A stretch of 64,000 bases of DNA, from assembly GCA_964482735.1 (NCBI GenBank), contig CAYZYV010000003.1:63097-127096 (forward strand), given 5' to 3'. Within the stretch, counting starts at the first letter, position 1, and each line of letters begins with the position of its first letter. This document shows, piece by piece, positions 29,495 through 39,156 of this stretch. Position numbers and translations under genes: made by a program. The notes beneath the pieces were generated by a model. It saw nothing but the letters and a program-made list of their open reading frames with translations, ran no database searches and was not told the origin of the DNA. Source of the stretch: an uncultured Candidatus Saccharibacteria bacterium. GTDB taxonomy: Bacteria > Patescibacteriota > Minisyncoccia > Phycocordibacterales > UBA9973.

Positions 29495-30187
29495 CTATTT
29501 TAAACCTTGAGAACCTTTTGTATAAGCTTCTTTAATTTTATTTAAAAAGAAAGTTATACTTGAAACAGAAGCATCGTTAGCTACGATAGGGTAACCAACT
29601 TCTCTTAAGTTGCAGTCAGTATTTAATATAGCAATTACTGGCAATCCCATTTTTTGAGCCTCAGTAACAGCGATTGCTTCTTTTTTAGGATCTATAACAA
29701 CTACAGCATCAGGGGTTTTGGTAATAGAAGTAAGACCTTGGAAATTCTTTGTCATATCTTCCATTTCTTTTGCGATAAGTAACTTTTCTTTTTTTGTATA
29801 TTTATCTAAATCTCCTTTTTCTTTTTGAGATCTTAAATCTAGCAATTTAGTGATTCTTTTTCTAATTTCTGGATAATTAGTTAAAGTTCCACCAACCCAT
29901 CTTTCAGAGATGTATGGCATGTTAAGAGACAATGCTGTCTCTACTATTTGTTGTCTAGCTTCAGGTTTTGTACCGATAAATAAAATAGTTTTACCAGAAG
30001 AAGCTAGCCCTGATATAAATTCAGTTGCTTTATCAAGTAAGATTTCTGTTTTTTCGATATTTATTATATCTACTCCATTTTTAGTAGTGAAGATATAAGG
30101 TAAAACAGAAGGGTGTCGACGACTTTTGGAGTATCCATAGTGTACTCCTGATTGAAACATTTCTTCTACAATATTTTGTGAACTCAT
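29495..30187 (-). CDS. rpsB: 30S ribosomal protein S2
   Basis: VEEMFQSGVHYGYSKSRRHPS...; conserved rpsB-tsf operon. Confidence 0.9.
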   Translation of the reverse strand: MSSQNIVEEMFQSGVHYGYSKSRRHPSVLPYIFTTKNGVDIINIEKTEILLDKATEFISGLASSGKTILFIGTKPEARQQIVETALSLNMPYISERWVGGTLTNYPEIRKRITKLLDLRSQKEKGDLDKYTKKEKLLIAKEMEDMTKNFQGLTSITKTPDAVVVIDPKKEAIAVTEAQKMGLPVIAILNTDCNLREVGYPIVANDASVSSITFFLNKIKEAYTKGSQGLK

Positions 30188-30385
30188 ATTTTATGATTAA
30201 TTAATTACCCTAGTTAAAGGGGTGTTTATAATAGTCCGTTTTGAAGCATTCCAGCTCGCCCCTTCCTAAAAGGGTCGGTTTTATCTCCAAAAAAGAGGGG
30301 ATAAAACATTTACAGCCCGATAAATCGGACCACGGAACTGAGAAATATAATAACAGAAAAACCATTATTTTGCAACCTTGTATTT

Positions 30386-30414
30386 TTGACTAGTCCTGTT
30401 TTTTAAGGTAAGAT
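30386..30414 (+). promoter_or_regulatory. TTGACT-N17-TAAGAT promoter 7 nt upstream of the proS ATG (leaderless)
   Basis: Hexamers read directly. Confidence 0.35.
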
Positions 30415-30421
30415 AGGTTTT

Positions 30422-31867
30422 ATGGAACAATCTAAGTTTGAGAACAAAAAAATTACAACACGAGCCGAAGATTATAGTCTTTGGTATCAAGATGTTATAG
30501 AAGCTGCTGATTTGGCTGAGAGTGCCCCAGTTAAAGGATGTATGATAATAAAGCCAGGAGGTTATGCTCTTTGGGAGAAAACTCAAAAGATTTTAGATGA
30601 AAAATTTAAATCAACGGGTGTTGAAAATGCTTATTTCCCGATGTTGATACCTGAAAAATTATTAAAAAGAGAGGAAGAGCACGTTGAAGGATTCGCACCT
30701 GAAGTTGCAGTTGTTACTCATGCTGGTGGAAAGAAACTTGAGGAACCTCTAATTCTTAGACCAACATCAGAAACAATAATGTATGAAGTCTTTTCTAAGT
30801 GGGTGCGTTCGCATCGAGACTTGCCTTTGTTAATAAATCAATGGGCTAATGTTATAAGATGGGAAATGAGAACCAGACTTTTCTTGAGGACAACTGAATT
30901 CTTGTGGCAAGAAGGTCACACGGTTCATGCTACATATGAGGAAGCAGAGGCGAGAGTTCTGCAAATGCTAGAAATTTATCGAGACTTTGCAGAAAACTAC
31001 ATGGCCATACCTGTAATCCCAGGAAAGAAATCAGAAGCAGAAAAATTCGCTGGCGCTAGTGGAACTTATACCATTGAAGCAATGATGCAAGACGGAAAGG
31101 CATTACAGTTTGCTACTTCACACAACTTAGGACAAAACTTTTCCAAGGTTTTTGACGTTACTTTTCTAGATGATAAAAGTCAAAAACAATATGCTTGGCA
31201 AACAAGTTGGGGTCTATCTACTCGAGTTATTGGAGGATTGATTATGACTCATAGTGATGATAAAGGTTTGGTACTACCACCTAAGATCGCTCCAATTCAA
31301 GTAGTAATAATACCTATAATTCCAAAAGAATGGGATAAACAACTAGTAGACGAAGAGACAAAGACTATCCACGCTAATTTATTGTCAAAAGGCATAAGTG
31401 TCAAAATAGATGATAGAGATTTGAGACCTGGAGAAAAATTCTATGAATGGGAGAAAAAGGGTATCCCTGTTCGAATAGAAATAGGTCCAAAAGACTTAGC
31501 AAATAACAGTGTAGTTATGGCTAGAAGAGATACAGGGGAAAAGAAGTCTGTAAGTTTGCCAGATTTGTCTGAGACGGTAGAAAGTACTTTGGAAATGATA
31601 CAAAACAGTCTTTATGAAAAAGCCAAAAATAGACTCAATGATAATACTGTAAGAGTGGATTCTTGGGAAGATTTCAAGAAAGCTATAGATGATAATAAGT
31701 TTGTTATGGCACATTGGTCTGGCGATCAAGATGTTGAAATGGCGATCAAGGAAGAAACAGGAGCAACAGTACGTTGTTTTCCAATAGGACAAGAATCAGA
31801 AGAAGGAAAATGTGTTAAGTCGGGTAAAAAATCAATAGGACGAGTTTTGTTCGCAAAATCATATTAA
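30422..31867 (+). CDS. proS: Prolyl-tRNA synthetase (short archaeal/eukaryote-like type, ~480 aa)
   Basis: Class II motifs; YSLWYQDVIEAADLAE...MIIKPGGYALWE; no bacterial-type insertion domain. Confidence 0.9.
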   Translation: MEQSKFENKKITTRAEDYSLWYQDVIEAADLAESAPVKGCMIIKPGGYALWEKTQKILDEKFKSTGVENAYFPMLIPEKLLKREEEHVEGFAPEVAVVTHAGGKKLEEPLILRPTSETIMYEVFSKWVRSHRDLPLLINQWANVIRWEMRTRLFLRTTEFLWQEGHTVHATYEEAEARVLQMLEIYRDFAENYMAIPVIPGKKSEAEKFAGASGTYTIEAMMQDGKALQFATSHNLGQNFSKVFDVTFLDDKSQKQYAWQTSWGLSTRVIGGLIMTHSDDKGLVLPPKIAPIQVVIIPIIPKEWDKQLVDEETKTIHANLLSKGISVKIDDRDLRPGEKFYEWEKKGIPVRIEIGPKDLANNSVVMARRDTGEKKSVSLPDLSETVESTLEMIQNSLYEKAKNRLNDNTVRVDSWEDFKKAIDDNKFVMAHWSGDQDVEMAIKEETGATVRCFPIGQESEEGKCVKSGKKSIGRVLFAKSY

Positions 31868-31870
31868 ATT

Positions 31871-32917
31871 ATGTTAAAAAAATTTTACAGAATGTTTTCT
31901 AATGATATCGGAATTGACCTAGGGACAGCAAATACTCTAGTTTATTTGAGAGGTCATGGAATAGTAATAAGTGAACCTTCTGTAGTGGTAGTAAATCAAA
32001 AAACAGGTCAAATCGTGGCTGTAGGGAATGAAGCAAAACAAATGCTAGGACGTACTCCTGGACATATTAGAGCCGTGAGACCAATTGTAGATGGTGTTAT
32101 TTCGGATTTTGAAGTAACAGAAGAAATGATTACTTATCTAATAAATAAAACAGAAAAAATTTCTAAAAAAATTATTCACCCTCGAGTAGTGGTTGGAGTT
32201 CCTACTGGGATTACCAATGTTGAAATCAGAGCGGTAGAAGATGCGGCTAGATCTGCAGGGGCTAGAGAAGTTTATATAGTAGAGGAACCAATGGCTGCAG
32301 CAATTGGGATAAGATTGCCGGTAAAAGAAGCCGTAGGATCAGTGATAGTTGATATTGGAGGAGGAACGACGGATGTTGCTGTAATATCACTTTCTGGAGT
32401 TGTTTGTTCAAAGAATATAAAAGTAGCGGGGGATCTTTTAAACTCTGACATTGCCAATTACATGAAGGACGAGTTTAAACTTCTTATCGGAGAAAGGACA
32501 GCAGAAAACGTAAAAATTGCGATAGGAACAGTAATAGAAAGTGAACCAATGGAAGCTGAAGTTCGGGGTAGAGATTTGGTTACAGGATTGCCTCGACAAG
32601 TTATTGTCACAGATTCTGATATAAGAGAAGCTATCATGCCTTCAATTATGACACTGCTCGATGGAATAAAAGAAGTTCTTGAAACAACACCACCTGAATT
32701 ATTGTCTGATATTATCAATCGAGGTTTGGTATTGTCTGGTGGGGGAGCACTTATAAGAGGATTTGATGTTTTGTTGAGAAATACACTTAAAATACCTGTT
32801 TATTCAGCAGAAGATCCATTAACAGCCGTAGCGAGAGGTGCTGGAATAATTTTAGATGACTTTGATTCGTATAAGGAAGTATTGTTAAACACAGATGATG
32901 CTCAAGTACCAAGATAA
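31871..32917 (+). CDS. mreB: Rod shape-determining actin homologue MreB
   Basis: GIDLGTANTLVY...DIGGGTTDVAVISL actin-fold motifs. Confidence 0.9.
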   Translation: MLKKFYRMFSNDIGIDLGTANTLVYLRGHGIVISEPSVVVVNQKTGQIVAVGNEAKQMLGRTPGHIRAVRPIVDGVISDFEVTEEMITYLINKTEKISKKIIHPRVVVGVPTGITNVEIRAVEDAARSAGAREVYIVEEPMAAAIGIRLPVKEAVGSVIVDIGGGTTDVAVISLSGVVCSKNIKVAGDLLNSDIANYMKDEFKLLIGERTAENVKIAIGTVIESEPMEAEVRGRDLVTGLPRQVIVTDSDIREAIMPSIMTLLDGIKEVLETTPPELLSDIINRGLVLSGGGALIRGFDVLLRNTLKIPVYSAEDPLTAVARGAGIILDDFDSYKEVLLNTDDAQVPR

Positions 32918-33692
32918 AAATAAAATAAGAAAAAATAAAAAATCTATTACCGGTATAATAGTTTTGGTTTTATTTTTCTTAGTTACAGCTTTGGGTGCAT
33001 GGAGTTTTATCCGTGGCCCTATTAATTTTGTTAGTCGTCCGTTTTTAATGATTGGTGACTGGTTTTCTCGTGGTTTTAATAATATAGAATTTTATTTTGA
33101 TTCAAAAAAAGAATTGTCCAATCAAAATGTTTTACTAAATGAAGAAAACTTATCTCTAAAAGCTAAACTAGAAGATTATTCAATTTTGGAAAATGAAAAT
33201 GAAGAATTAAAAAATATCTTAAATAGAACTAAAAAAATAAATAATTATGTGCTTGCTAATATCTTAACTAAACCAAACCGTTCTTTGTACGATTCAGTAA
33301 TTTTGGATATAGGTAAAAAGGATAGTTTAGAGATAGGGGATATGGCCTATGCTTATGGAGAAATTCCAGTAGGAAAAATATCCGAAGTCTATGAAAATTC
33401 ATCTCTCCTAACCTTTTTCTCAAGTCCTGGATTGAAAACAGAAGGTTTTATTAATGAAGTAAACGCAACCATTGAATTGGTGGGTAGAGGGGGAGGTAAT
33501 TTTGAAGCAATAATTCCTGTAGACTTGAGCCTAGAAAAAGACACCATTATTTATTTTCCAGAATACAATTCTCAGGTTTTAGCTAAAATAGTTGAAACAA
33601 TTTCTAATCCTAGTGACCCATTTAAAAAAGTAATTTTAGTATCTCCTGTAAGTTTAGAAAGTTTAAAATGGGTTCAAGTTAAGACGGAGTAG
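32895..33692 (+). CDS. mreC: Rod shape-determining protein MreC (probable)
   Basis: N-terminal TM, coiled-coil, C-terminal beta-rich domain; overlaps mreB by 23 nt. Confidence 0.6.
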   Translation: MMLKYQDKNKIRKNKKSITGIIVLVLFFLVTALGAWSFIRGPINFVSRPFLMIGDWFSRGFNNIEFYFDSKKELSNQNVLLNEENLSLKAKLEDYSILENENEELKNILNRTKKINNYVLANILTKPNRSLYDSVILDIGKKDSLEIGDMAYAYGEIPVGKISEVYENSSLLTFFSSPGLKTEGFINEVNATIELVGRGGGNFEAIIPVDLSLEKDTIIYFPEYNSQVLAKIVETISNPSDPFKKVILVSPVSLESLKWVQVKTE

Positions 33693-33704
33693 TAGAAATA
33701 TATC

Positions 33705-36700
33705 ATGAATTATATAGAACAAATTCAAAAGTATTATAAAGATGAGAATAGTAGTGAGATGTCATACAGGACACCTTTTCAAAATTTTCTAGAAAGTATT
33801 TTTACGAAAGAGGATAAATATTTTGTTCAACATGACCAAAAAGCGATAGATGGTAATAAGCCAGATTTTATTATTTTGAAAAACAATATTCCTGTTTTAT
33901 ATATAGAAGTTAAAAAAGTAGGAGAAGATTTAGATAAAATAGAGAAGTCAAACCAAGCTGATAGATACTTCGGATATGACAACTTGATAATTAGTGATTA
34001 TATAAATTTTCGATTTTATAGATATGGGAAAAGATATGAAGAGGAAATTTCACTTGGTAAACTAAATAAAAATGAAAAAAGTATAGAAGAAGGGAATAAA
34101 GAAGAAGTACTTATTAAAACTATTCTAGATTTTACCAATTCTCATAAAGAGGAGATTAAATCAGGACGACACTTAGCAGAAATAATGGGTGGTAAAGCTC
34201 TTCGTATAAGGGAGAATATTTTTTACATGCTTTCATCTCAGAGTGATAGATTTGAAGAGTTGAATAAAATTAAAGAAGTTGTTAAGGAAAATCTTATTAG
34301 TAATATTTCTGATGAAGATTTTGCTGATATGTATTCTCAAACCCTCGTTTATGGTCTTTTTGCTTCTAGATATAATGACAAAACTGAAGATACTTTTTCT
34401 AGACATGAAGCGATAGATTTAGCACCAAAGACAAACCCATTTCTTAAAAAGTTTTTTGGACATATTGCAGGCGAATCTTTTCCAGACAGGCTTCGCTTTA
34501 TTGTGGATGAGCTTTGCGAGGTTTTTTCTCATGCGGATGTTCATAAACTTCTTACGGATTTCTATGGAAAAGAGAAGGACAATAAGGATCCAATTATTCA
34601 TTTTTACGAAGATTTCTTGAAAGAATATGACAGTAAAAAGAAAATGGATATGGGCGTTTTCTATACCCCGAAGCCAGTTGTGGATTTTATAATTCGTGGA
34701 GTTGATTATATTTTAAAAAATGATTTTAGCTTATCTGATGGTTTGGTAAGCAAAGAGAAAATAAAATTGGAGAAAAAGATAATAGACGAGAAAACTGGTA
34801 AAGATAAAAAAATTGAAGAAGAATATCACAAAGTCCAAATCTTAGATATAGCCACAGGTACAGGGACTTTCTTAAACGAAACAATTTCTTTTATTTATAA
34901 TTCTTTTAAAGAAAAAGGACAGCTTGGCGGGTGGGATAGTTATGTAAATGAACATTTACTTCCACGACTTCACGGTTTTGAAATAATGATGGCTTCCTAT
35001 ACTATCGCTCACTTGAAGCTTGGAATGACTTTAGAAGATACAGGTATAGATACAGATAAACTAAATAAAAGATTAGGGGTTTATCTTACTAATACCCTTG
35101 AAGAAGCGAAAGATTATTCTAACCAAGGGACACTTTTTGGTTTTATGGACTCTATTGCTGAAGAAGCAAAAAGTGCTTCAAAGATAAAGAAAGAATATCC
35201 AATAATGTGTGTGATAGGCAATCCTCCTTATTCTATTTCTTCACAGAACAAAGGTGAATGGATTTTAAAATTGATAGATGATTATAAAAAAGATTTAAAT
35301 GAAAAGAAAATAAATATAGATGATGATTATATAAAGTTTATTCGTTTTGGACAATATATGGTAGATAAAAATGGAGGAGGAATTCTTGCATATATTTCTA
35401 ATAATTCTTTTATTTCTGGTGTTACTCACAGGAAGATGCGTGAATCTTTATTAAAATCTTTTGATAAAATTTATGTTTTAGATTTACATGGGAATGCTAG
35501 ATTAAAGGAAGTTTGTCCAGATGGAAGCAAAGACCAAAATGTTTTTGATATTATGCAAGGAGTCTCTATAAATATTTTTGTTAAAAGTGAAAATAAAAAA
35601 GAAGGACTTGGAAAAGTTTATCATAGAGATTTATATGGGAATAGAAAAGATAAATTTGAATTTTTATTTAATACAAAATTTGAAGATACAAAATGGAAAG
35701 AATTAGAATACTTTGAGCCTTATTATTTCTTTGTACCCAAAGATTTTGGACTAAAAGATGAATATGATAAAGGATTTAAAATAGATGATTTTTTTATGGA
35801 ATATAATTCTGGAATTCAAACAAAAAGAGATGACTTAGCAATTTCTTTTGAAAAAAAAGAAATGGATATCAAAATTAATGATATTTTAAATTTAAACAGC
35901 CTAGAACTTAAATACAAATACAAATTACCAGAAGATGGGAGAGATTGGAAAATTGATTGGGCAAAAAAGGATTTAAAAATTGACTATCAAATAATAAATA
36001 TTTTATATAGGCCATTTGACATAAGATATGTTGCATACACGAGAAGATCTAAGGGCTTGATTGCATACCCAAGAGAAAAAATAAATCAATATATTGTTAA
36101 TAAAGATAATTTATCATTGTTAACTTGCAGAAATCAAGATTTTAATGATATTTGTTTGATAACAGATAAAATTTCTGATCTTAGGACATATTCTAATCCA
36201 GGGTCGCTTGGAACTGATTATGTTTTTCCTCTTTGTCTTTATAAAAATCAAGAAAAAATTCCAAACTTAAATAAAGAAATTTGGGGGAAAATAAATGAGG
36301 AAGTTGGGGAAACCACACCAGAAAACATTTTGGATTATATTTATGCTGTTTTACATAGCCCCAAATACAGAGAAAAATACAAAGAATTTTTGAAAATTGA
36401 TTTTCCGCGAGTTCCTTATCCAGAAGGCAAAGAAAAATTTTGGAATTTGGTAAAAATTGGCGAGAAATTACGAGGCTTACATTTGATGATAGATAAATCT
36501 ATTAGTGATTTTATCACTACTTATGCTGTGTTGGGTAACAACTTGGTAGATAAAATTTCTTATAAAGATGGAAATGTTTATATAAACAAAGATCAGTATT
36601 TTGGAAATGTTCCCGAAATTGCTTGGAATTTCTACATAGGTGGTTATCAGCCAGCTCAAAAATATCTTAAAGATAGAAAAGGTAGAATTCTCACAAGTGA

Positions 36701-36782
36701 CGAAATAGAACACTATCAGAAAATCATAAAAGTTCTCGTTGAGACGGATAAAATAATGAGGGGAATAGATAAAATAAGATAA
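33705..36782 (+). CDS. MmeI-family Type IIL (IIG) restriction-modification enzyme: PD-ExK endonuclease, gamma-class N6-adenine methyltransferase and target-recognition domain in one polypeptide
   Basis: The N-terminus KPDFIILKNNIPVLYIEVKKVGEDLDKIEKSNQADRYF parallels the MmeI D...EXK nuclease and DLDKA...DYF region. Methyltransferase motif I ILDIATGTGTFL and motif IV VIGNPPYS. 1025 aa. Confidence 0.8.
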   Translation: MNYIEQIQKYYKDENSSEMSYRTPFQNFLESIFTKEDKYFVQHDQKAIDGNKPDFIILKNNIPVLYIEVKKVGEDLDKIEKSNQADRYFGYDNLIISDYINFRFYRYGKRYEEEISLGKLNKNEKSIEEGNKEEVLIKTILDFTNSHKEEIKSGRHLAEIMGGKALRIRENIFYMLSSQSDRFEELNKIKEVVKENLISNISDEDFADMYSQTLVYGLFASRYNDKTEDTFSRHEAIDLAPKTNPFLKKFFGHIAGESFPDRLRFIVDELCEVFSHADVHKLLTDFYGKEKDNKDPIIHFYEDFLKEYDSKKKMDMGVFYTPKPVVDFIIRGVDYILKNDFSLSDGLVSKEKIKLEKKIIDEKTGKDKKIEEEYHKVQILDIATGTGTFLNETISFIYNSFKEKGQLGGWDSYVNEHLLPRLHGFEIMMASYTIAHLKLGMTLEDTGIDTDKLNKRLGVYLTNTLEEAKDYSNQGTLFGFMDSIAEEAKSASKIKKEYPIMCVIGNPPYSISSQNKGEWILKLIDDYKKDLNEKKINIDDDYIKFIRFGQYMVDKNGGGILAYISNNSFISGVTHRKMRESLLKSFDKIYVLDLHGNARLKEVCPDGSKDQNVFDIMQGVSINIFVKSENKKEGLGKVYHRDLYGNRKDKFEFLFNTKFEDTKWKELEYFEPYYFFVPKDFGLKDEYDKGFKIDDFFMEYNSGIQTKRDDLAISFEKKEMDIKINDILNLNSLELKYKYKLPEDGRDWKIDWAKKDLKIDYQIINILYRPFDIRYVAYTRRSKGLIAYPREKINQYIVNKDNLSLLTCRNQDFNDICLITDKISDLRTYSNPGSLGTDYVFPLCLYKNQEKIPNLNKEIWGKINEEVGETTPENILDYIYAVLHSPKYREKYKEFLKIDFPRVPYPEGKEKFWNLVKIGEKLRGLHLMIDKSISDFITTYAVLGNNLVDKISYKDGNVYINKDQYFGNVPEIAWNFYIGGYQPAQKYLKDRKGRILTSDEIEHYQKIIKVLVETDKIMRGIDKIR

Positions 36783-36785
36783 TTT

Positions 36786-37358
36786 ATGGAAGAAAATAAA
36801 CAAAAAATTGTATATGTGTTTATTGATGCTTCAAACCTTTGGCAAGCACAAAAAGTAAAAGGTAGATTATTTGATTTTGAAAAACTTAAATTTTATTTAA
36901 AGAAAAATTTTAATGCATTAGAATTTCAAGTATTTTATTACACAGCTTATCCCAAAGAAGGAACTAGGGAAAACAGTCAAGATGGAAAACATAAATTTTT
37001 TACTTATCTAAAAAAGGGTTTAGGTTTTATTGTTAGAAAAAAAGAATTAAAGAGAATTGTAGAACATAACGAGCAGGGAGACATAATACAAGAAAAAGGA
37101 AATATGGATGTTGAGATGACAATAGATGCAATCCATTTTTGTAAAAAATACGATATTGCTGTTTTGTTTACGGGAGATTCTGACTTTTTAGCATTGGTGA
37201 ATTATATAAGAAATGGAAGTAAGAAAGTTTTTATATTTTCGTCTAAAAACAATGTATCTCAAGAGCTGAGGACTGGAGGAGATGGATATTTTGATGTATT
37301 AGATATAAAAGAAGATATATGGGGGAGAGAACTAAAACATAGAGATGATAAATCTTAA
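36786..37358 (+). CDS. NYN-domain (LabA-like, PIN-fold) nuclease
   Basis: VYVFIDASNLW...AVLFTGDSDFLALVNYIR...KVFIFS matches the NYN/PF01936 pattern. Starts 4 nt after the RM gene stop. Confidence 0.75.
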   Translation: MEENKQKIVYVFIDASNLWQAQKVKGRLFDFEKLKFYLKKNFNALEFQVFYYTAYPKEGTRENSQDGKHKFFTYLKKGLGFIVRKKELKRIVEHNEQGDIIQEKGNMDVEMTIDAIHFCKKYDIAVLFTGDSDFLALVNYIRNGSKKVFIFSSKNNVSQELRTGGDGYFDVLDIKEDIWGRELKHRDDKS

Positions 37359-37493
37359 ATAAAAGTAGCCCTCCTTGCGGAGGGCTACCCTTGGATGTAA
37401 TACCCTTAAAGTTTTATGACTAAAACCCTAAGACAAGTTAAATATAGCATATTTGTAATTTGTGTGCAATACTTATCGTTATGTGTAAAAAAT

Positions 37494-38759
37494 ATGGAAA
37501 AAATTTTTAATTTTAAAATAGAAAAAAAAATAGAAGGGGCTTTAGGGCGGGCTGGTGTTTTATCTACACCGCACGGAGATATACTGACGCCTTCTTTTGT
37601 GGTTGTTGGAACGAAGGCAACCGTTAAGAGTGTTTTGCCTGAAAAATTAATAGAAAATAAAATCCAAGTAGTTCTCGCAAATACTTACCATCTTTATCTT
37701 CAACCTGGAGATGAATTAATAAAAAAAGCTGGTGGGTTACATCAGTTTATGAATTGGCATGGCCCTATGATGACAGATTCTGGAGGGTTTCAAGTTTTTT
37801 CTTTAGGAGTAGCTTATGGTAAAGAATTATCCAAAGTTGTTTCTATTAGTGATCCAAGCTTGCTTATTACAGAGAGATCTTCGGCGGATGACGGAGTTCC
37901 TAAGCTAGCTACAGTTGGTAATGACGGAGTTTCTTTTAGATCTCACATAGATGGTTCTTTGCACTATATTACCCCTGAAAAATCAATAGAAATACAACAT
38001 AATTTAGGGGCCGATATAATGTTTGCTTTTGATGAATGTACTTCACCTGTAGAAAACAATAGGTATCAAGAAGAGGCTTTGTTTCGCACTCATGCATGGG
38101 CAAAGAGGAGCCTAAAAAAGCATTTAGAATTGGAAAATGAAAAGATTTTACAGAGAGAAGGTAATGATATTTCTATGACAAAACAACAAGCCCTTTTTGG
38201 TATTGTTCAAGGTGGAAGGAATGAGGAACTTCGTAAAAAGTCAGCAAAAGAGATATCTGAAATGCAAATAGACGGGAAGGGGTTTGATGGTTTTGGAATA
38301 GGAGGAAGTTTTGCTAAAGAAGATATGTCGACAGCATGTAAATGGGTTAATGAAATTTTACCAGAAGATAAACCAAGGCATTTGCTTGGTATAGGGGAGC
38401 CAGAAGATTTATTTATGGGAGTAGAAAATGGAGTAGATCTTTTTGACTGTGTGGGTCCAACAAGAATAGCTAGAAATGGAAGTTTATTTACACGATTCGG
38501 GAAAATAAATTTGCTAAATGAAAAATATAAAAATGATTTTTCTCCTATTGAAGAGGGTTGTAAATGCAGTACTTGTAAAAATTATACAAAAGCATATTTG
38601 TCACACTTATTTAGATCTAAAGAAATGTTAGGAGCGACGTTAGCTACTATTCATAATGTTTATTTTATAAACAAGCTCGTTCAAGATATGCGAACGTCCA
38701 TATTAGAAAATAGATTTACTGAGTTTAAAAATAGTTTTTTAAAAGATTATCAGAAATAA
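37494..38759 (+). CDS. tgt: Queuine tRNA-ribosyltransferase
   Basis: GDILTPSFVVVGTKA, MTDSGGFQVFSLG, zinc site CKCSTCKNYTKAYLSHL. Start at MEKIFNF (alternative upstream ATG at 37416). Confidence 0.85.
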   Translation: MEKIFNFKIEKKIEGALGRAGVLSTPHGDILTPSFVVVGTKATVKSVLPEKLIENKIQVVLANTYHLYLQPGDELIKKAGGLHQFMNWHGPMMTDSGGFQVFSLGVAYGKELSKVVSISDPSLLITERSSADDGVPKLATVGNDGVSFRSHIDGSLHYITPEKSIEIQHNLGADIMFAFDECTSPVENNRYQEEALFRTHAWAKRSLKKHLELENEKILQREGNDISMTKQQALFGIVQGGRNEELRKKSAKEISEMQIDGKGFDGFGIGGSFAKEDMSTACKWVNEILPEDKPRHLLGIGEPEDLFMGVENGVDLFDCVGPTRIARNGSLFTRFGKINLLNEKYKNDFSPIEEGCKCSTCKNYTKAYLSHLFRSKEMLGATLATIHNVYFINKLVQDMRTSILENRFTEFKNSFLKDYQK

Positions 38760-39023
38760 AAAAAGATCGTACACACAGCACGAGGCGTACGATCCTGGGG
38801 AACTTGGGTGGGCCTGCGCTTATAACTGGCCCTATTTTGTAAAACATACAGTAGTTTTGTAAAAAGGAAAACCTCAAGGAAATAAAGAACATTCAGCACC
38901 TATAACTACTTAAGAACAAATTCAAAACTACTGTAGTTTGTTGATATAATTATAGCAAATTAAGTTTAAAAAGTCAAATAGAAAATGAAAGCAAAAATTA
39001 CCCTTATATGCTAAGATATTATT

Positions 39024-39080
39024 AGTTTTATGTCCAAAAACATTTTCAAACTTAAGAGTTCATACTCTCCGGCTGGAGAC
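39024..39080 (+). repeat. Duplicated copy of the uvrB 5' end (RBS region plus the first 17 codons)
   Basis: tagttttATGTCCAAAAACATTTTCAAACTTAAGAGTTCATACTCTCCGGCTGGAGAC differs from 39150-39207 by two substitutions, tat/tac and gat/gac, both synonymous. Confidence 0.85.
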
Positions 39081-39156
39081 CCCAGAAGTAAAACAAAAAA
39101 TCGGATGCATTTTTTGTTTACTACGGGGCGGGAAGTGGTAGTATAGTTTTATCTTT
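39081..39156 (+). mobile_element. Miniature imperfect-palindrome element (copy 1), immediately upstream of the uvrB ATG
   Basis: CCCCAGAAGTAAAACAAAAAAT-cggatgc-ATTTTTTGTTTACTACGGGG (20-bp stem) followed by the tail cgggaagtggtagtatagttttatcttt. Confidence 0.6.

Noticed and set aside
36477-36803. 108-aa minus-strand ORF
   Set aside because: It is antisense within the 3' end of the MmeI-like gene and AT-rich low complexity. It is spurious.
37416-37493. Upstream extension of tgt (MTKTLRQVKYSIFVICVQYLSLCVKN)
   Set aside because: The extension is hydrophobic and Cys-rich and is not part of the conserved TGT fold. The internal Met (MEKIFNF) is the more plausible start. The longer form cannot be excluded without expression data.
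39081-39148. Self-cleaving ribozyme (hammerhead/twister) interpretation of the palindrome element
   Set aside because: No CUGAUGA/GAAA hammerhead core or other known ribozyme core motifs are visible. The simple long hairpin with variable loop fits a DNA recombination site or a structured RNA better than a known ribozyme.
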